DNA of 63,938 bases, the filler included, from Octopus bimaculoides (Eukaryota), in the NCBI RefSeq assembly GCF_001194135.2. It is 8 parts of 7 records of this genome, joined end to end, with 100 filler letters (N's around TTAATTAATTAA, not from the genome) between each part and the next. Parts side by side here need not be neighbours in the genome. Positions count along the whole stretch, not along the records: positions 46,856 to 49,187 come from NC_068991.1; positions 49,288 to 59,595 come from NC_068999.1; positions 59,696 to 62,746 come from NC_068982.1; 5 more parts are not named here. The stretch is one strand, 5' to 3'. A program made the position numbers and the translations under genes. Below are positions 48,633 to 61,279 of this stretch, piece after piece (within the stretch, counting starts at the first letter, position 1; the number at the start of each line of letters is the position of its first letter). Under the pieces are notes generated by a model. That model was not told the origin of the DNA, did no database searches, and saw only the letters and a program-made list of their open reading frames with translations.

Positions 48633-51269
48633 CCCACCATCGCTTGACAACCGATGCTGGTGTGTTTACGTCCCCGTAACTTAGCGGTTCGGCAAAAAGT
48701 GACCGATAGAATAAGTACTAGGCTTACAAAGAATAAGTCCTGGGATCAATTCGCTCGACTAAATGGCGGTGCTCCAGCATGGCCGCAGTCAAAATGACTG
48801 AAACAAGTAAAAGAGTAAAAGAGAGAGTATAATTTTTTTATGATAAACATCAACATTTACCTTCATTCTTTTATCCCTTTTATCCCCATTTGCCTTCTAC
48901 TCCTGCCCCTGTTAGCCTTCATCCTTTAACTACTTCCTTTACCCTTTTTTCCTCTCTACGTCTCCTTCACTCTTTCTCCATCTCACTTTTATTTATTTAT
49001 TTATTTGTTTATTTTCTCTCAAGCTCCTCCGTTCTGACTATTGTCTTTGTTGGTTTCTTTTGTTCTTTTTTTTCGTTTTTCTTTTTTATAAAGCAATTCT
49101 AGAGTCATTTCTTATTCACACCTTAACAAACCATCACCACCAAACCAGACACCACGACTGCCGCCACCACCACCACCACCACCACCANNNNNNNNNNNNN
49201 NNNNNNNNNNNNNNNNNNNNNNNNNNNNNNNTTAATTAATTAANNNNNNNNNNNNNNNNNNNNNNNNNNNNNNNNNNNNNNNNNNNNATATGTATATATA
49301 TATATATATATATTAAAAATATTAAAAAAAAATATTTTCACAAGTTAATGGTCAAATAATATCTAGCAGTTTATTTTCTTCTTTCTTTGTTTTATTTACT
49401 TTCATAAGTCCAACGGTTTCTTTTATGAAAATGACAGCGTCCCTTACTCGTTCGCTACTTAACTTCATAGGCTAATATCCTAACTTAACAACACTTCTCA
49501 CTTACTCCGCTTTCTAACGGTTTCAAGACCGATATGCTATACAGTGTCAATATGTTTCATGTCTTTTCAACTTGTTTATACACATGTAATCTGAGGACAA
49601 CTATGAATGTTGTCTGTTTTTTACTGTCTGCTATGAATTAATCAAATCTGACCCTGAAGAGATACAATATTCCATATTTTATATTATGCATGAGTTAGTC
49701 TGGATATTGCATCGAAATGAGCATAGGTCATAATAAAGTTTTTACAATGGATCATCTTTTAGCTCTTATTTAAATTGATATATATACATATANNNNNNNN
49801 NNNNNNNNNNNNNNNNNNNNNNNNNNNNNNNNNNNNNNNNNNNNNNNNNNNNNNNNNNNNNNNNNNNNNNNNNNNNNNNNNNNNNNNNNNNNNNNNNATA
49901 TATATATATATATATATATAAGAGGGTGAGATAGAGAAAAGGAGAAAGAATGAAGGCAAGAAATAAGAGTCGCGCGGATATATAAAACTTACTGTCGGGG
50001 TGCTTGCGTTTCATAAATAAATAAATGTAAAATATGTAAACAAACAAACGACAGGTAAAAAAAAACATATAACGTATACTGGTGAAAAAAATCACAAAAT
50101 TTCCAAACTTTTTATTTCCAAGGACGTGATGAAAAAAAAAAACTGGAGAAATTCCTGTCAAAACGAAGAAAATCCAACTTATATGGGTATCCTGATCCGA
50201 AACTCCGCCGACCTACGGTCAAGGTGTGCTGGCCATAACCACCCTGTCATTTTTAAAAAATCATTTCTTGATATTTTTTCATCTGCTGTTTCAGAAAAAA
50301 TCTATGTATTCGCAAACGAACGTTAAACATCCGGAGTTTTGTACTTTTTGAAACGTAGAATGTTTTCTAAGAAAATTTGAAATTATAAAAAGGAAATTCT
50401 ACATTCGTAATTCGTATTTTACCATGTGGATTAAAAACAGAAAGTTTGAAAAAAAGAAAAAAATGTGATGGGGACGGGGAAACTAGAATTTAGAAAACGT
50501 GTTTTTTTTTTCGGCAAAATCGTAATCTTCGATATCGAAAATAGAAATCCGAAGAAATTTTTGAAAAAAAATGGAGGTGGAGGTGCTAACACCCGACATC
50601 CGCCCATATATATCATATACATGCGAGTTCTTAACTAAACAAAAACAACACTACACGATCTGAAAGGTACATGTGGAACATTTTCATTATAAGATGCTCA
50701 TTTTTATGAAGTTATAAAGAAAAAAAGCCGGCGTGGAGGTATGCGTATATAGATTTTTGTGGTGAGTGCATATACTCTGATAGGCAAGGTAGCTCAGAAT
50801 CAACCATAAGATTGTTACGGCGATAACCGAAACTGACCTGTCAGTCTAAGGAATTCTCGGTTCGTGTGATTGAAGCCCTAGCTGAGTGAGCGTTTCAGCA
50901 CTTATTTCTGGCACGCCCTTAGTCAAGCAGTGGTGGAGGACAAACACCACACAGACACACACACACACACACACACACACGTGGAAAAAAACTGTAAACA
51001 ATGGTATTCAACATAGATTGCGTGCGTAATTTCTTGATTTCCTGGAAAAAATAAAGAAGTGTTAGTATATAACTGACGCAATAGCTTGTTTTCTAAGAGC
51101 TTTTCCATCGCCTCAAGGGTATGTAAACGACTTTATTTATTATGAAGTGAACAGAGTGGAAGAATGAATGAAAGTATATATATTTCGTCATGATGAACCG
51201 TTAATCCCTACATATTTTTTTCTCTCTCCGTTTTTCTTGTTTCTTTCTCTCTCTTTTTCTTTCCCCCTC

Positions 51270-51400
51270 TCAATCCTTTCTGTCGAATAGCGTAGGTGCG
51301 AAATATCAAAGGCTTTTCCATTCTTTCCGAACGTCAAACTAATACACCTGCTTGTCCCCTCACCTGTCTTCTTTTATTTTCTGTAAATTTGAACTAACAC
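51270..51400 (+). mobile_element. Penelope-like terminal repeat, CUGUUGA family (decayed)
   Basis: tcctttCTGTCGAATAGCGTAGGTGCGAAAT, followed by cgtcaaactaatacacctgcttg as in the other copies. Confidence 0.4.
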
Positions 51401-51499
51401 ACACACACATTAAGTTAGTTAAAATGTTTGTGACATATAGCTTATTAAGCATAACTACAGATGCGTACCCCACCGAATTTGTGGTCTCATAACTTCCAG

Positions 51500-53250
51500 A
51501 AAAATGATACTTTTTACCGAAATTTTATACAAATACCTTTCAAACGGCATGGATTACGATTATAAAGAAAATTTTTGGAAAGTTTTTTCCAAGGGGTGGG
51601 GAGAGAGCTTCGGATCAGGGAGCTTACATAAGTTAGAATTTCTACGTTTTGATGAATTTTTTAAATTTCTATTTTCACCACAGCTTTCGAAATGATGGTA
51701 GGCACCTTTTTCTAAAAAAAAAAAAATGTTCGGAAAAGTTATGATATTTTTTTTCTCCATCCCCACCACCGATTTTGACCAATTTTTTTTTTTTGGTAAG
51801 AAAAAAATTTTGTAAATATTTTCAGATGAAAAAGTGTGCGATTAAAGGGGAGATTTGGCTGTTGTTTCTAGCACATACCAAGACCACCCTCCTTGTTTCT
51901 CACTCTGACATGTATGGATGCTTTTCAGTATTTTTCTCCCCATAAGCACATTTTCTGGAATGTTGATGTGGGAGTAACACATGCATGGTCCATTGCTGGG
52001 ATACAAGCAACAAAAAAAAAACATGGTAATTTAAATTTTTACCTGCACCCCAACCAAGTGAAGTTGTGTGTGTCTTTGTGCATATAAGAAAAAACATTTT
52101 CTAACAGAAAAGTCATCATCATCACCGTTTAACGTCCGTTTTCCATGCTAGCATGGGTTGGATAGTTCGACTGGCGTCTGGGAAGCCAGGAGGCTTCACC
52201 AGGCTCCAGTCTGATCTGGCAGCGTTTCTACAGCTGGATGCCCTTCCTAACGCCAACCACTCCATGAGTGTAGTGGGTGCTTTTTACGTGCCACTGGCAC
52301 AGGGGCCAGAGGAGGCTGGCAACAGCCACGATTGGTTGGTGCTTTTTACATGCCACTGGCACGGGTATCACAACTACAATTTCCATTTGATTTTCATTTT
52401 GATATTGATGTACTTGACTCAATAGGTCTCCTCAAGCACAGCAGGTTGTCCTACGATCCAAGGTACTTTTCAATGGGCTGGGGCTGATTATGCAAAACTG
52501 GTGTAGTGAATTCACTTTATTTGCTGGGTCTTCGCAGTCACAGCATATCTCCAGAGGTCTAAATAAATTATCTTTTATGTACCTTTTTTTTAAAACCACT
52601 GTGGATAAATCCCAGCTATGACCTTCTTAGGCTCTCCAATATTTTAAAATTATAAACAAAAACAATGGTGAGCAGGAAATGGGCTGAGAAAAATCATAGA
52701 ATTTCAATTTTTTTCTCTTTTTATAGCATAATTGTGTTTATGGGGGAAAGTACTAAAGAGCATCAATACATGTGAGAGTGAGAAAGAGGTGAGGAGGGTA
52801 GTTTTGGAAGGTGCTAGAAACAACAGCCAAATCTCCNNNNNNNNNNNNNNNNNNNNNNNNNNNNNNNNNNNNNNNNNNNNNNNNNNNNNNNNNNNNNNNN
52901 NNNNNNNNNNNNNNNNNNNNNNNNNNNNNNNNNNNNNNNNNNNNNNNNNNNNNNNNNNNNNNNNNNNNNNNNNNNNNNNNNNNNGAAAAAAAATTTTCAA
53001 AACTTTATTTTTCATTAAAAGATGCCCACCATCATTTCAAACGCTGTGGTGGAAAATAAATTGGAGAAAACCCCATCAAAATGGAGAAATTCCAACTTAT
53101 GTGGGTTCCCTGATCTGAAATTCCGATTTTCCAAAACTCTCCAATGCCTAGGAAAAAAATTTCCACCAAAATTTCTTTATAATCCTAATCCATGCTGTTT
53201 GAATGTATTTCTGTTAAATTTCATTAAAAGATACCCATTTTCCTGAAAGT
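51500..53250. repeat. Large degenerate inverted repeat (arms about 51500-51950 and 52735-53250)
   Basis: ggagatttggctgttgtttctagcac (51849) vs gtgctagaaacaacagccaaatctcc (52811); cacagctttcgaaatgatggtaggcacc vs gatgcccaccatcatttcaaacgctgtg. A third family copy lies near 50140-50620. Confidence 0.75.
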
Positions 53251-53479
53251 TATGAAGGAAAAAAGTCGGGTCGTGTGAATTTTGAGAAACTCTTCTCCCC
53301 ACCGCCTTGGAAAAATTCTTTCCAACAAATCTCTGCATACTCTGAATCTACAGCACCTAAACGGTATTTGTTGAAAGTTTTGTTAAAAAGTGTCCATTTT
53401 TCTGGAAGTTATGAGACAACAAAGTGAGTAGGGTATATATTTGTAGTTATGGCAACTATTATACACACACATATATAAA

Positions 53480-54330
53480 GTTTATAGTTATGGCCAGTCA
53501 GAGAGCTCCTCTATGCTGATGACCTTGCACTAACTGCGGAGTCACTATCAGAACTAGAGAAGTTTCAGGTGTGGAAGCAAGGACTAGAATGGAAGCGCCT
53601 TGGAGTCAACCATGAGCAAGAACATGGGGGAGAGGCAAGTGTAGTACATGGACAAAGAAAGTGGAAGATGTACGTTGGTGGAGAAAGAGAGATAATTTGA
53701 TGACTGAGGAGGGTGATCAAGTAAAATGAGGCTTGAGAGGACAGTGTTAAGAATGAAGGATGGATATCAAGTCGAATGGTTCTAGGTAGTGAAGAGGTTA
53801 AGCAATACGAAGGTAAAACTAGTGAAGTATGCTTGGGTAGTTAGCAGCCAGGGGAGGACAGTTTAGTATAAGCTCAGGGACCTTCTCTCACGGCTGGCAA
53901 CAAAGGTCTTTTCCTCTAGAGTGAAAAGCAGATTGTATGATGTTTGTGTTAGAACTGTAATCCTACATGTGATTGAGACATGGACCTTGAATGCAGAGGA
54001 TTTGAGAAGACTAGAAAGAACTGAAGCTAGCATGCTCCACTGGAGGTGCAATGAAAGCATGTTTGAACAACAATGTACAAATGTGTTGAGAATAAAACTG
54101 TGCATAAAAGGGATCAGATGTAGTGTGCAAGAAAAAAGGCTGTGCTGGCATGGACATGTGATGCTGCATAATGATGAGGATTGCTGTATAAAGAAGTAGT
54201 GCTCATTTAATGTGGATGGAGCTTGTGGAAGAGGAAGACCCAGAAAGACATGGACAAAATGGTGAAGATTGATCTCAGAACTTTGAACCTCATTAAGGAA
54301 ATGACAAAGAACCAGGATGACCAGCAAAAA
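53480..54330 (+). mobile_element. RTE-clade LINE relic
   Basis: ELLYADDLALTAES; RVKSRLYDVCVRTVILH..ETW..NAEDLRRLERTEASMLHW; RLCWHGHV..GRGRPRKTW. Confidence 0.85.
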
Positions 54331-55389
54331 GCATTTCATCATGGCAAGTGACCAACAGGTGCACAGCATTGACAAGTGTGAAAGGCATTTGTGAGAATCA
54401 CTGCTGTGCTGTCACTCCAATATCTATTGTGTTTTTTAGCACATGTCTGTGAAGAGATTTTCTCTCAGACAAAAATCACATCATGCTTTTCAACAATGTA
54501 TATATATTTAGCATGATAAGCATGTTGATATATATATATATAGATAGATAGATAGATAGATGTAGATACACACACACACACACATACATACTGGGTAAAG
54601 TGTACCTATGTGTGTGTAAAAACACAGACACACAGGCATATATATTCTGTTCATATTTGCTCATTTCCAGTAACCTCCTGGCCAAGGTTTTATTTACTAA
54701 ATTCTGTTACATTTTGTTCACATGAAGAACCTTTTAACTTGAGGTAATAATGGAGGATATGACAGGATGTGTGAAGTGGGGTAAGAGCCTAGGGCAGAAA
54801 GGAAGAAACCTGTAGCAATTAGGAGTCAAATGAGGGAGGTTTACAGTTGATTTAATACCAGGAAATTGAAACTTCTCAAATTTGAATGTCATGAAATATT
54901 ATAACTAAAACTCCCTTTTTTAATATATATATATATTTTGGGGGAATTTTCTTTTTTTAATTTTTATTTCTGAACTGAAATTTTTGCATTATGGGAGGGT
55001 TGAATAAAAAAAATTTCTGAAATACTACTCTTTAAATTTTAGTTTTGCTTTTGGTGGGTGAGTGGCTGGGTGGGGGTGGGGATTGACAAAGAGGGTATTT
55101 TGCTTCTGTTTCTGTTAGTTCTGGTGAAGGAATACAATATTGGAATTATACCTTTTTCTAAAATTTTTATGTATGTCATACTTATTACCATTATTGTCCT
55201 TACACAGAAATCTTCATAATTTGAATGTTGTTGTTGTTTAACCCTAGGTCATTCCCCCATGAAGCAGATCTATCATGAAAAGCATGCAAAATGCATAGAA
55301 AATTTCGTGTTGGCCTCAAAAATCAAAGAGTAGTGTAAATAAGTTTGGATTTGTAAACTGTTTGATAGATTTAGGGATTGTACTATCTT

Positions 55390-56490
55390 GAGTGGTAAAT
55401 TTAGAGGCTAGACAAGGAAGAGAATTAGCCTAGAGGGGATGCAGTTTAGTTTTGTGCCAGGAAGAAGTATCACTGATGCCATGTTCCTTGTGAGCCAAAT
55501 GCAGGTGAAGCATTTAGCCAAGAGTAAGCGCCTATACTTGGCCTTTGTTGATAGAGAAAAGGACTTTGGTTCGGCTTCACAGTCTGCAATCTGGTGGTCA
55601 TTGAGGATGCAAGATGAATTATAAGAGCCATCCATATAAGACACGTGCAGAGGTGTAACCAGGAAGGTGATAGTCACCAATGAGTTCAGGGATGAATTTA
55701 ACATTCAGGTAAAAGTCCATCAGAATTCAGTTCTCAGCTCACTTCTGTTCCAAGCTACAACAGTGAAGTCCGAAAACAACTGTCTGTTGAAATTCCTATA
55801 TGTTGATCACCTAATTTTTATAACTGAATCCATACCAGATTTAGAAGAAATGACAGATGTGGAGGCAAAATGTAGAATCATGAGGTCTTTAAGTGAATTT
55901 AGCAAAGACTAAAGCAGGAAAGAAGACAAGGCCTTGCTACCATCAAGGAAATTGTCGACATGCAGGAAAGGAGTTGGTAGGAATTCTATAGTGTGTACCC
56001 GCTTTAAATTATGGATGCACTAGAAGAGAAGTGGGGTTGCAAGCAGGCCCAGAGAAACATTTTTCATATGCAGTAGTTGCACAAGAACAATAAAGATTAA
56101 GACCTGATGAGAAAGAGATTTTCTCAAATGCTCAGGAGGCTCACCAGAAGTAATTGATAGCTTTTGTGATTTCAGTGATCAAATTAGCAGTGATGTTTGG
56201 ATGTTCTGAAGGCATAGTAGCCATAGTAAAAGCAGATTGGAAAACAAATTCAGCAAGTTTGTTCCTTTGCTGGCAACAAAGTGTGTTTTTACTCAGAATG
56301 AATGGTAGTTTGTGTGAAGTTTGTGTACAATGCTAAACAGTAATGAGTGAATGCATGGAATTTGCAAAGACTGAAAAGAAATGATGCAAAACTGGATGTG
56401 CAACGTTAGTGTGCATGAATGATGGAATACGAGCAAGTTGAGAGGAGAACTGGATATAAGAAGACTCATATGTAGTGGGCAAGTGTAGCT
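55390..56490 (+). mobile_element. RTE-clade LINE relic (RT domain)
   Basis: MQFSFVPGRSITDAMFLVSQMQVKHLAKSKRLYLAFVDREK and decayed downstream RT motifs. Confidence 0.85.
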
Positions 56491-57255
56491 GATACAGCTT
56501 TCATATGTCACAAATTCAAAAAGAATGGAACTTGTAGAAGGTGTTTAGTGTTGGTTTGTTTTATATCTTTGTTTAGTCAAAAATTTAAGCAACAGCCTAA
56601 AGATCATCATCATCATCATCTTCATCAACATCATCATTTAATGTCTATTTTTCATGCAAGCAGAGGTTGGACGGCTGGCATGATTTTGACAAAGATGAAA
56701 ATAATAAAATAAGCACTGGGGCTGATTTAATCAACTCTTACAATTTAGGAGGTGAGTCCATATTAATAAAGCTATAGTCTAATAATTGAAACAACTACAA
56801 GGATAAAACTGTGCGTGTGTGTATGTGTGTGTGCATGTGTGTGTACTTTGTGGATTAACGAGGCTACCGATTATTTCATGTAGAGAGAAATCTCTCAACA
56901 ATTATCCAGCCTACTCATTGTAGCTCTGTTAACCCACAAATGGAAAAGTATTTTCCCTGCAATGTTGAATACTCATCCTCACTGTTTGATATTAGTGTGT
57001 GTCATTGTCATCATCATTGTTTAATGTCCGCCTTCCATGCTGGCATGAGTTGAATGTTTTGACAAGAGCTGGCTAGGCAGAAGACCAATAATTTCAGCAG
57101 GAGACTGTTTGTTGATTACATTGACCCCTTTGTTCAACTGACACCTATTTTATCAAATCTGAAAGGAGGAAAGAAAATTTGACTTCAGCATGATTTAAAC
57201 GTAGAATATAAAGAAGTGCCGCTAAGCATTTTGCCCTATGCATTAATGATTCTTA

Positions 57256-57490
57256 TTTCTTTATTGCCCACAAGGGGCTAAACATAGAGGGGACAAACAA
57301 AGACAGACAAAGGTATTAAGTTGATTACATCGACCCCAGTGTGTAACTTGTACTTAATTTATCGACCCTGAAAGGATGAAAGGTAAAGTCAACTTTGGCG
57401 GAATTTGAACTCAGAACGTAACGGCAGATGAAATAATGCAAAGCATTTTGCCTGGCGTGCTAACGATTCTGCCAGCTTGCTGCCTTCAGA
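57256..57490 (-). mobile_element. SINE family B
   Basis: Conserved block gactttgcctttcatcctttcggggtcgataaattaagtaccagt. Copies at 11540, 14890, 22405, 24750, 29148, 41330, 41560, 42500, 47170, 57100, 58030. Confidence 0.8.
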
Positions 57491-58930
57491 TTAATGATTC
57501 TGCCAGCTTCCCACCTTAATAATAACAATAATAATCCTTTCTACTATAAGCACAAGGCCTGAAACTTTGTGGGAGGGCGCTATGAAAAAAATGAAACAAG
57601 ACTGGAAAACAAAAGTTTACAAAAATTATGAAATCTGTTATCAGAATTTCATGTTAATATATGTTCCAAACACGTGCTTAATAATGACAGTTACTTTATT
57701 AAATCCTTAATTATTTTCAAAATTAATTGAAACGAAAGACATATGTTTCAAGAGAGTATGGTAAAAAAAAAAAATAAAGGTTAAATGCATGAACAAACAA
57801 ATGAAGTACTTCTCTAACCATCCCTGGAACCATGTGGTTGGGAAGCAAACTTCTGACCACAAAGCCACTAGCTCAACACATAATAATTGATATTTTATAT
57901 TATTGACTTGAAAGAATGAAAAGCAGAGTTGACAGGATTTGAACTTAGAATGTAAAGAGCTGGGAGAAATATACCACTCCATATTTTGTAGTTTTTGAAT
58001 GACTCCTTCAATACATCACCTTAATTCATTTTGCCTGGCATGCTAACGATTCTGTCACATTGCTACCTTAATAATAATAATTATTATTATGATGATAATA
58101 ATAATAATCCTTTCTAGTAAAGGTACAAAGCCTGAAATTTTGTGGAGAGGGGACTAGTCTATTACATCGACCCCAGTGTTTCACTGGTAATTAATTTATC
58201 AACCCTGAAAGGATGAAAGGCAAAGTTGATCCTGGTGGAATTTGAACTTAGAACACGAAGGTGGACAAAATGCTGCTAAACATTTTGCCCAGGGTGCTAA
58301 TGATTCTGCCAGCTTGCTGCCTAATAATAATAATAATAATGGTTTCAAATTTTGGCACAAGGCCAGCAATTTGGGGGAGAGGGTAAGTCAATTATTTTGC
58401 TCCCTAGTACTCAACTGGTATTTATTTTATTGTCCCCAGAAGGATGAAAGACCAACTGGATCTCCATCAGAAATCAAAACTGTTATGTTGCACTGGAACC
58501 ACAAGCAAATAAACAGCAATATACCTCCCCTACACATTCATATATCTAGCTTCACTAACTCTACTATTACCACAATAATAACCAGCACCAGCACTACCAT
58601 CACACCGGGCGCCACCACTATCATTACAACAACCACCACCACTGCAACTTCCACCACTACAACCACCACCATCACCACCACCACTATCACCACCAACCAC
58701 ATCATCAACAACGCAAATGGAAAATTCATTTTCTTTATACAACATCGTTTTTAGATGGAGATTTGATGATGCTTCTAACACCTATGGCATTTGAAAACTG
58801 GCCTGCTTAATTACATTGGGGTTGACAGCTGTTAAATTCATTTAAGAGAAAAATCCAAACCGTAATAAAATTGTAAAAAACAAACAAATTTTGTTGTTCA
58901 CTTTCAGAATTCCACTAGCATTAAGCTAAA

Positions 58931-59012
58931 ATGAAGAGTTACCAACTACTCCAGCTTCTTTTGGTGCTTCATTGCTATACACATGGATTTATCTTCACTA
59001 AGATGCCAATAA
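58931..59012 (+). CDS. Signal-peptide-encoding first coding exon of an unidentified secreted/membrane protein (exon 58908-59012)
   Basis: Strong acceptor ttgttgttcactttcag, then 23 nt UTR. Encodes MKSYQLLQLLLVLHCYTHG/FIFTKMPI and ends at a strong phase-1 donor AA|gtaagt. Confidence 0.55.
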
Positions 59013-59714
59013 GTAAGTAGAAAGTATTTCACTAGTTTTTTTTATTATTACTAATATTAGTATTATTAATATTATTTTTTTTATTGCAATTAGAAAGCAT
59101 TCATCTATGAAGAGCTTTATTAAAGGAATAGAGTAGATAGAGAATAGTTGTGAGATTTGATAAATATCTTCTGTATGAATTGGGATAGAGTATATCTACT
59201 TGCATTTCTCATTCTCTCTCTCTCTCTCTCTCTATCTATCTGTTTATCATTTTATCTATCTATCTATCCATCCATCTGTCATTTTGTCTGTCTATCCTAC
59301 TATCACTTTTTCTCTTCATCTATCCACTGTTTCATTTATTCAACTATCTGTTGCTTTTATCTATTTATCCATCTGTCTATATCTTAACCTATCTGTCCAT
59401 CCATTGTTTTAACTGTCTGTCTGTCTGTCTGTCTGTTTGCTTACCTGCCTGCTTGTCTCTTTCTGTCTCCCTCTTCCTCTCTGTTGAATCTGTCTTTCTA
59501 TATATCTGTCAGTCCATCTATATTTACACACACACATACACACACACAAATAAATAGACAGGTACATATACATTATATATATATATATATATATANNNNN
59601 NNNNNNNNNNNNNNNNNNNNNNNNNNNNNNNNNNNNNNNTTAATTAATTAANNNNNNNNNNNNNNNNNNNNNNNNNNNNNNNNNNNNNNNNNNNNATATA
59701 TATATATATATACA

Positions 59715-59745
<31 letters not shown>

Positions 59746-59774
59746 GTGTGTGTTTGTGTGTGTGTCAGTGGTTA

Positions 59775-60540
59775 CTGGGTGCAGTGAATAAACTGTCGTC
59801 TAAATTACGCAAAAGTGAAAACACTGATATCTCATTTTAATAGATATATTCATCAAAATTACAAGAAAATACCTTGAAATATTAATGAGTAAGTTCATTA
59901 AAAAAAATCGTCGTTGGCGTCAATTATAGCCTCCAAACGACTTCAGAATCTCCTGAAACCGTTCTGGACAGTATCCTTTTTTTTTAGGGTGGTGACTACT
60001 GCTGTAATCCTTGCCCTCAGTTCATTTTTAGGGTTACAAGGAGCTTCGTTATTCTCTCGCTCCACTGTGCCTCACAAATAATAATCAAGTGGGTTGTAGT
60101 CTGGGGAATTAGGTGGCCAGATGTTAGGGGTTATGTTTGTTGCGGAAAGTGTGTGACAACCACGACTAGGTTCTCCTGCTTGTGTGGCATGGTGTAGAGT
60201 CTTATTGCTAGACATTGGTCTTCAAGCAGGGCAGAATCACTTCGTCCAGATATTTGATGTTGGTCTACATGTTGAGTCTAAGGCTGTGTGTGAAGATGAA
60301 TGGAGGCATAACGTCGCCATCACTTATGATCACTCCAAACGCCAAGATGTTGAGTGGATGTTTGATTTTAATCACTCGGTACATATCCTCAGATTCATAC
60401 CCAAATACTCCGTAATGTTCGCATTGGAGCTTCTGGCTCGAATGCGAAGCAGTACAGCATGTCGTTCCCAAAATTCTAGCAGGGTGAATTGCATCATGGT
60501 GCTGTTTTTCTCACAGACGGTGTCCAACTATACTGTGTAG
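59775..60540 (-). mobile_element. Tc1/mariner relic including right terminus
   Basis: FGVIISDGDVMPPFIF..LRLN and ITPNIWPPNSPDYNPLDYY motifs. TA-CTGGGTGCAGTGAATAAACTGTCG terminus. Confidence 0.8.
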
Positions 60541-60703
60541 TCGACAAAATAAAAACAACGTGCATGCGCGAAATTAAAAATGTAACATAATTTACCCATC
60601 GTGGCGTGTATATTTTTATGTTTAATTACAATAAATACGATTTTACATTAATCTGAAAGGCTACTCTGTATGTTTGTGGAGTATAAATCCATTACTCTTT
60701 AAG

Positions 60704-60763
60704 ACAATAATATTGACATTGATTTCGAAAATTCGTCAGCTAAGCCATCATCGGATGGCTCAG
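60704..60763 (+). CDS. Candidate internal exon (NNIDIDFENSSAKPSSDGS)
   Basis: tactctttaag| acceptor and an open phase 1-1 60-nt frame compatible with the 59012 donor. The donor cag|gtggtt is weak and a scaffolding linker intervenes. Confidence 0.25.
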
Positions 60764-61279
60764 GTGGTTGAAAATCGATTTAGCTCTGGCTTACAAGTTA
60801 CTGTCAATATTAGTCTTGTTAAAGACGTGTGTCTATTGTGTGCGTGCGCGAGGTATTTATCTATATCTATATCAGTCGGTAGAGTTCGGACATATGGATG
60901 TAACGTCTTGAAGTAATTTAGTCGAACGAATTGATTCCGGTACATTTTTAAAAACCTGGAACCTACGGTCTCTTTTGAAGAATTGCTAAGTTACAGGCAA
61001 TTAAAAGACATTAACAGCGTTTGTGAAGCATAGAAGTGGAACAAAGACACACAGACACTCATGGTTCTAGGGAATTTGGCTCTTGGCAATTTCACCCCCA
61101 GTATGTTCGCTCCGGTAATTTGACTGCCTCTCAAATCCCGGTAATTTCACTGTTAATATCAAAAAATAGATAAAATGTTGAGATTCATTACTATTATTGT
61201 CGTTGTTTTTGTTGTTGATAATGATTTACTAAGTTATTCAGTTAACTGAAACTATCATTTTAATCACCAGTTCGTTGCT

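Noticed and set aside
49505-49575. Possible minus-strand hammerhead with U3-A8
   Set aside because: Core register and helices II and III cannot be satisfied together.
50805-50850. GAA-ACTGAC(CT)GTCAGT-C hammerhead-like right half
   Set aside because: No CUGANGA-like left half at the required position.
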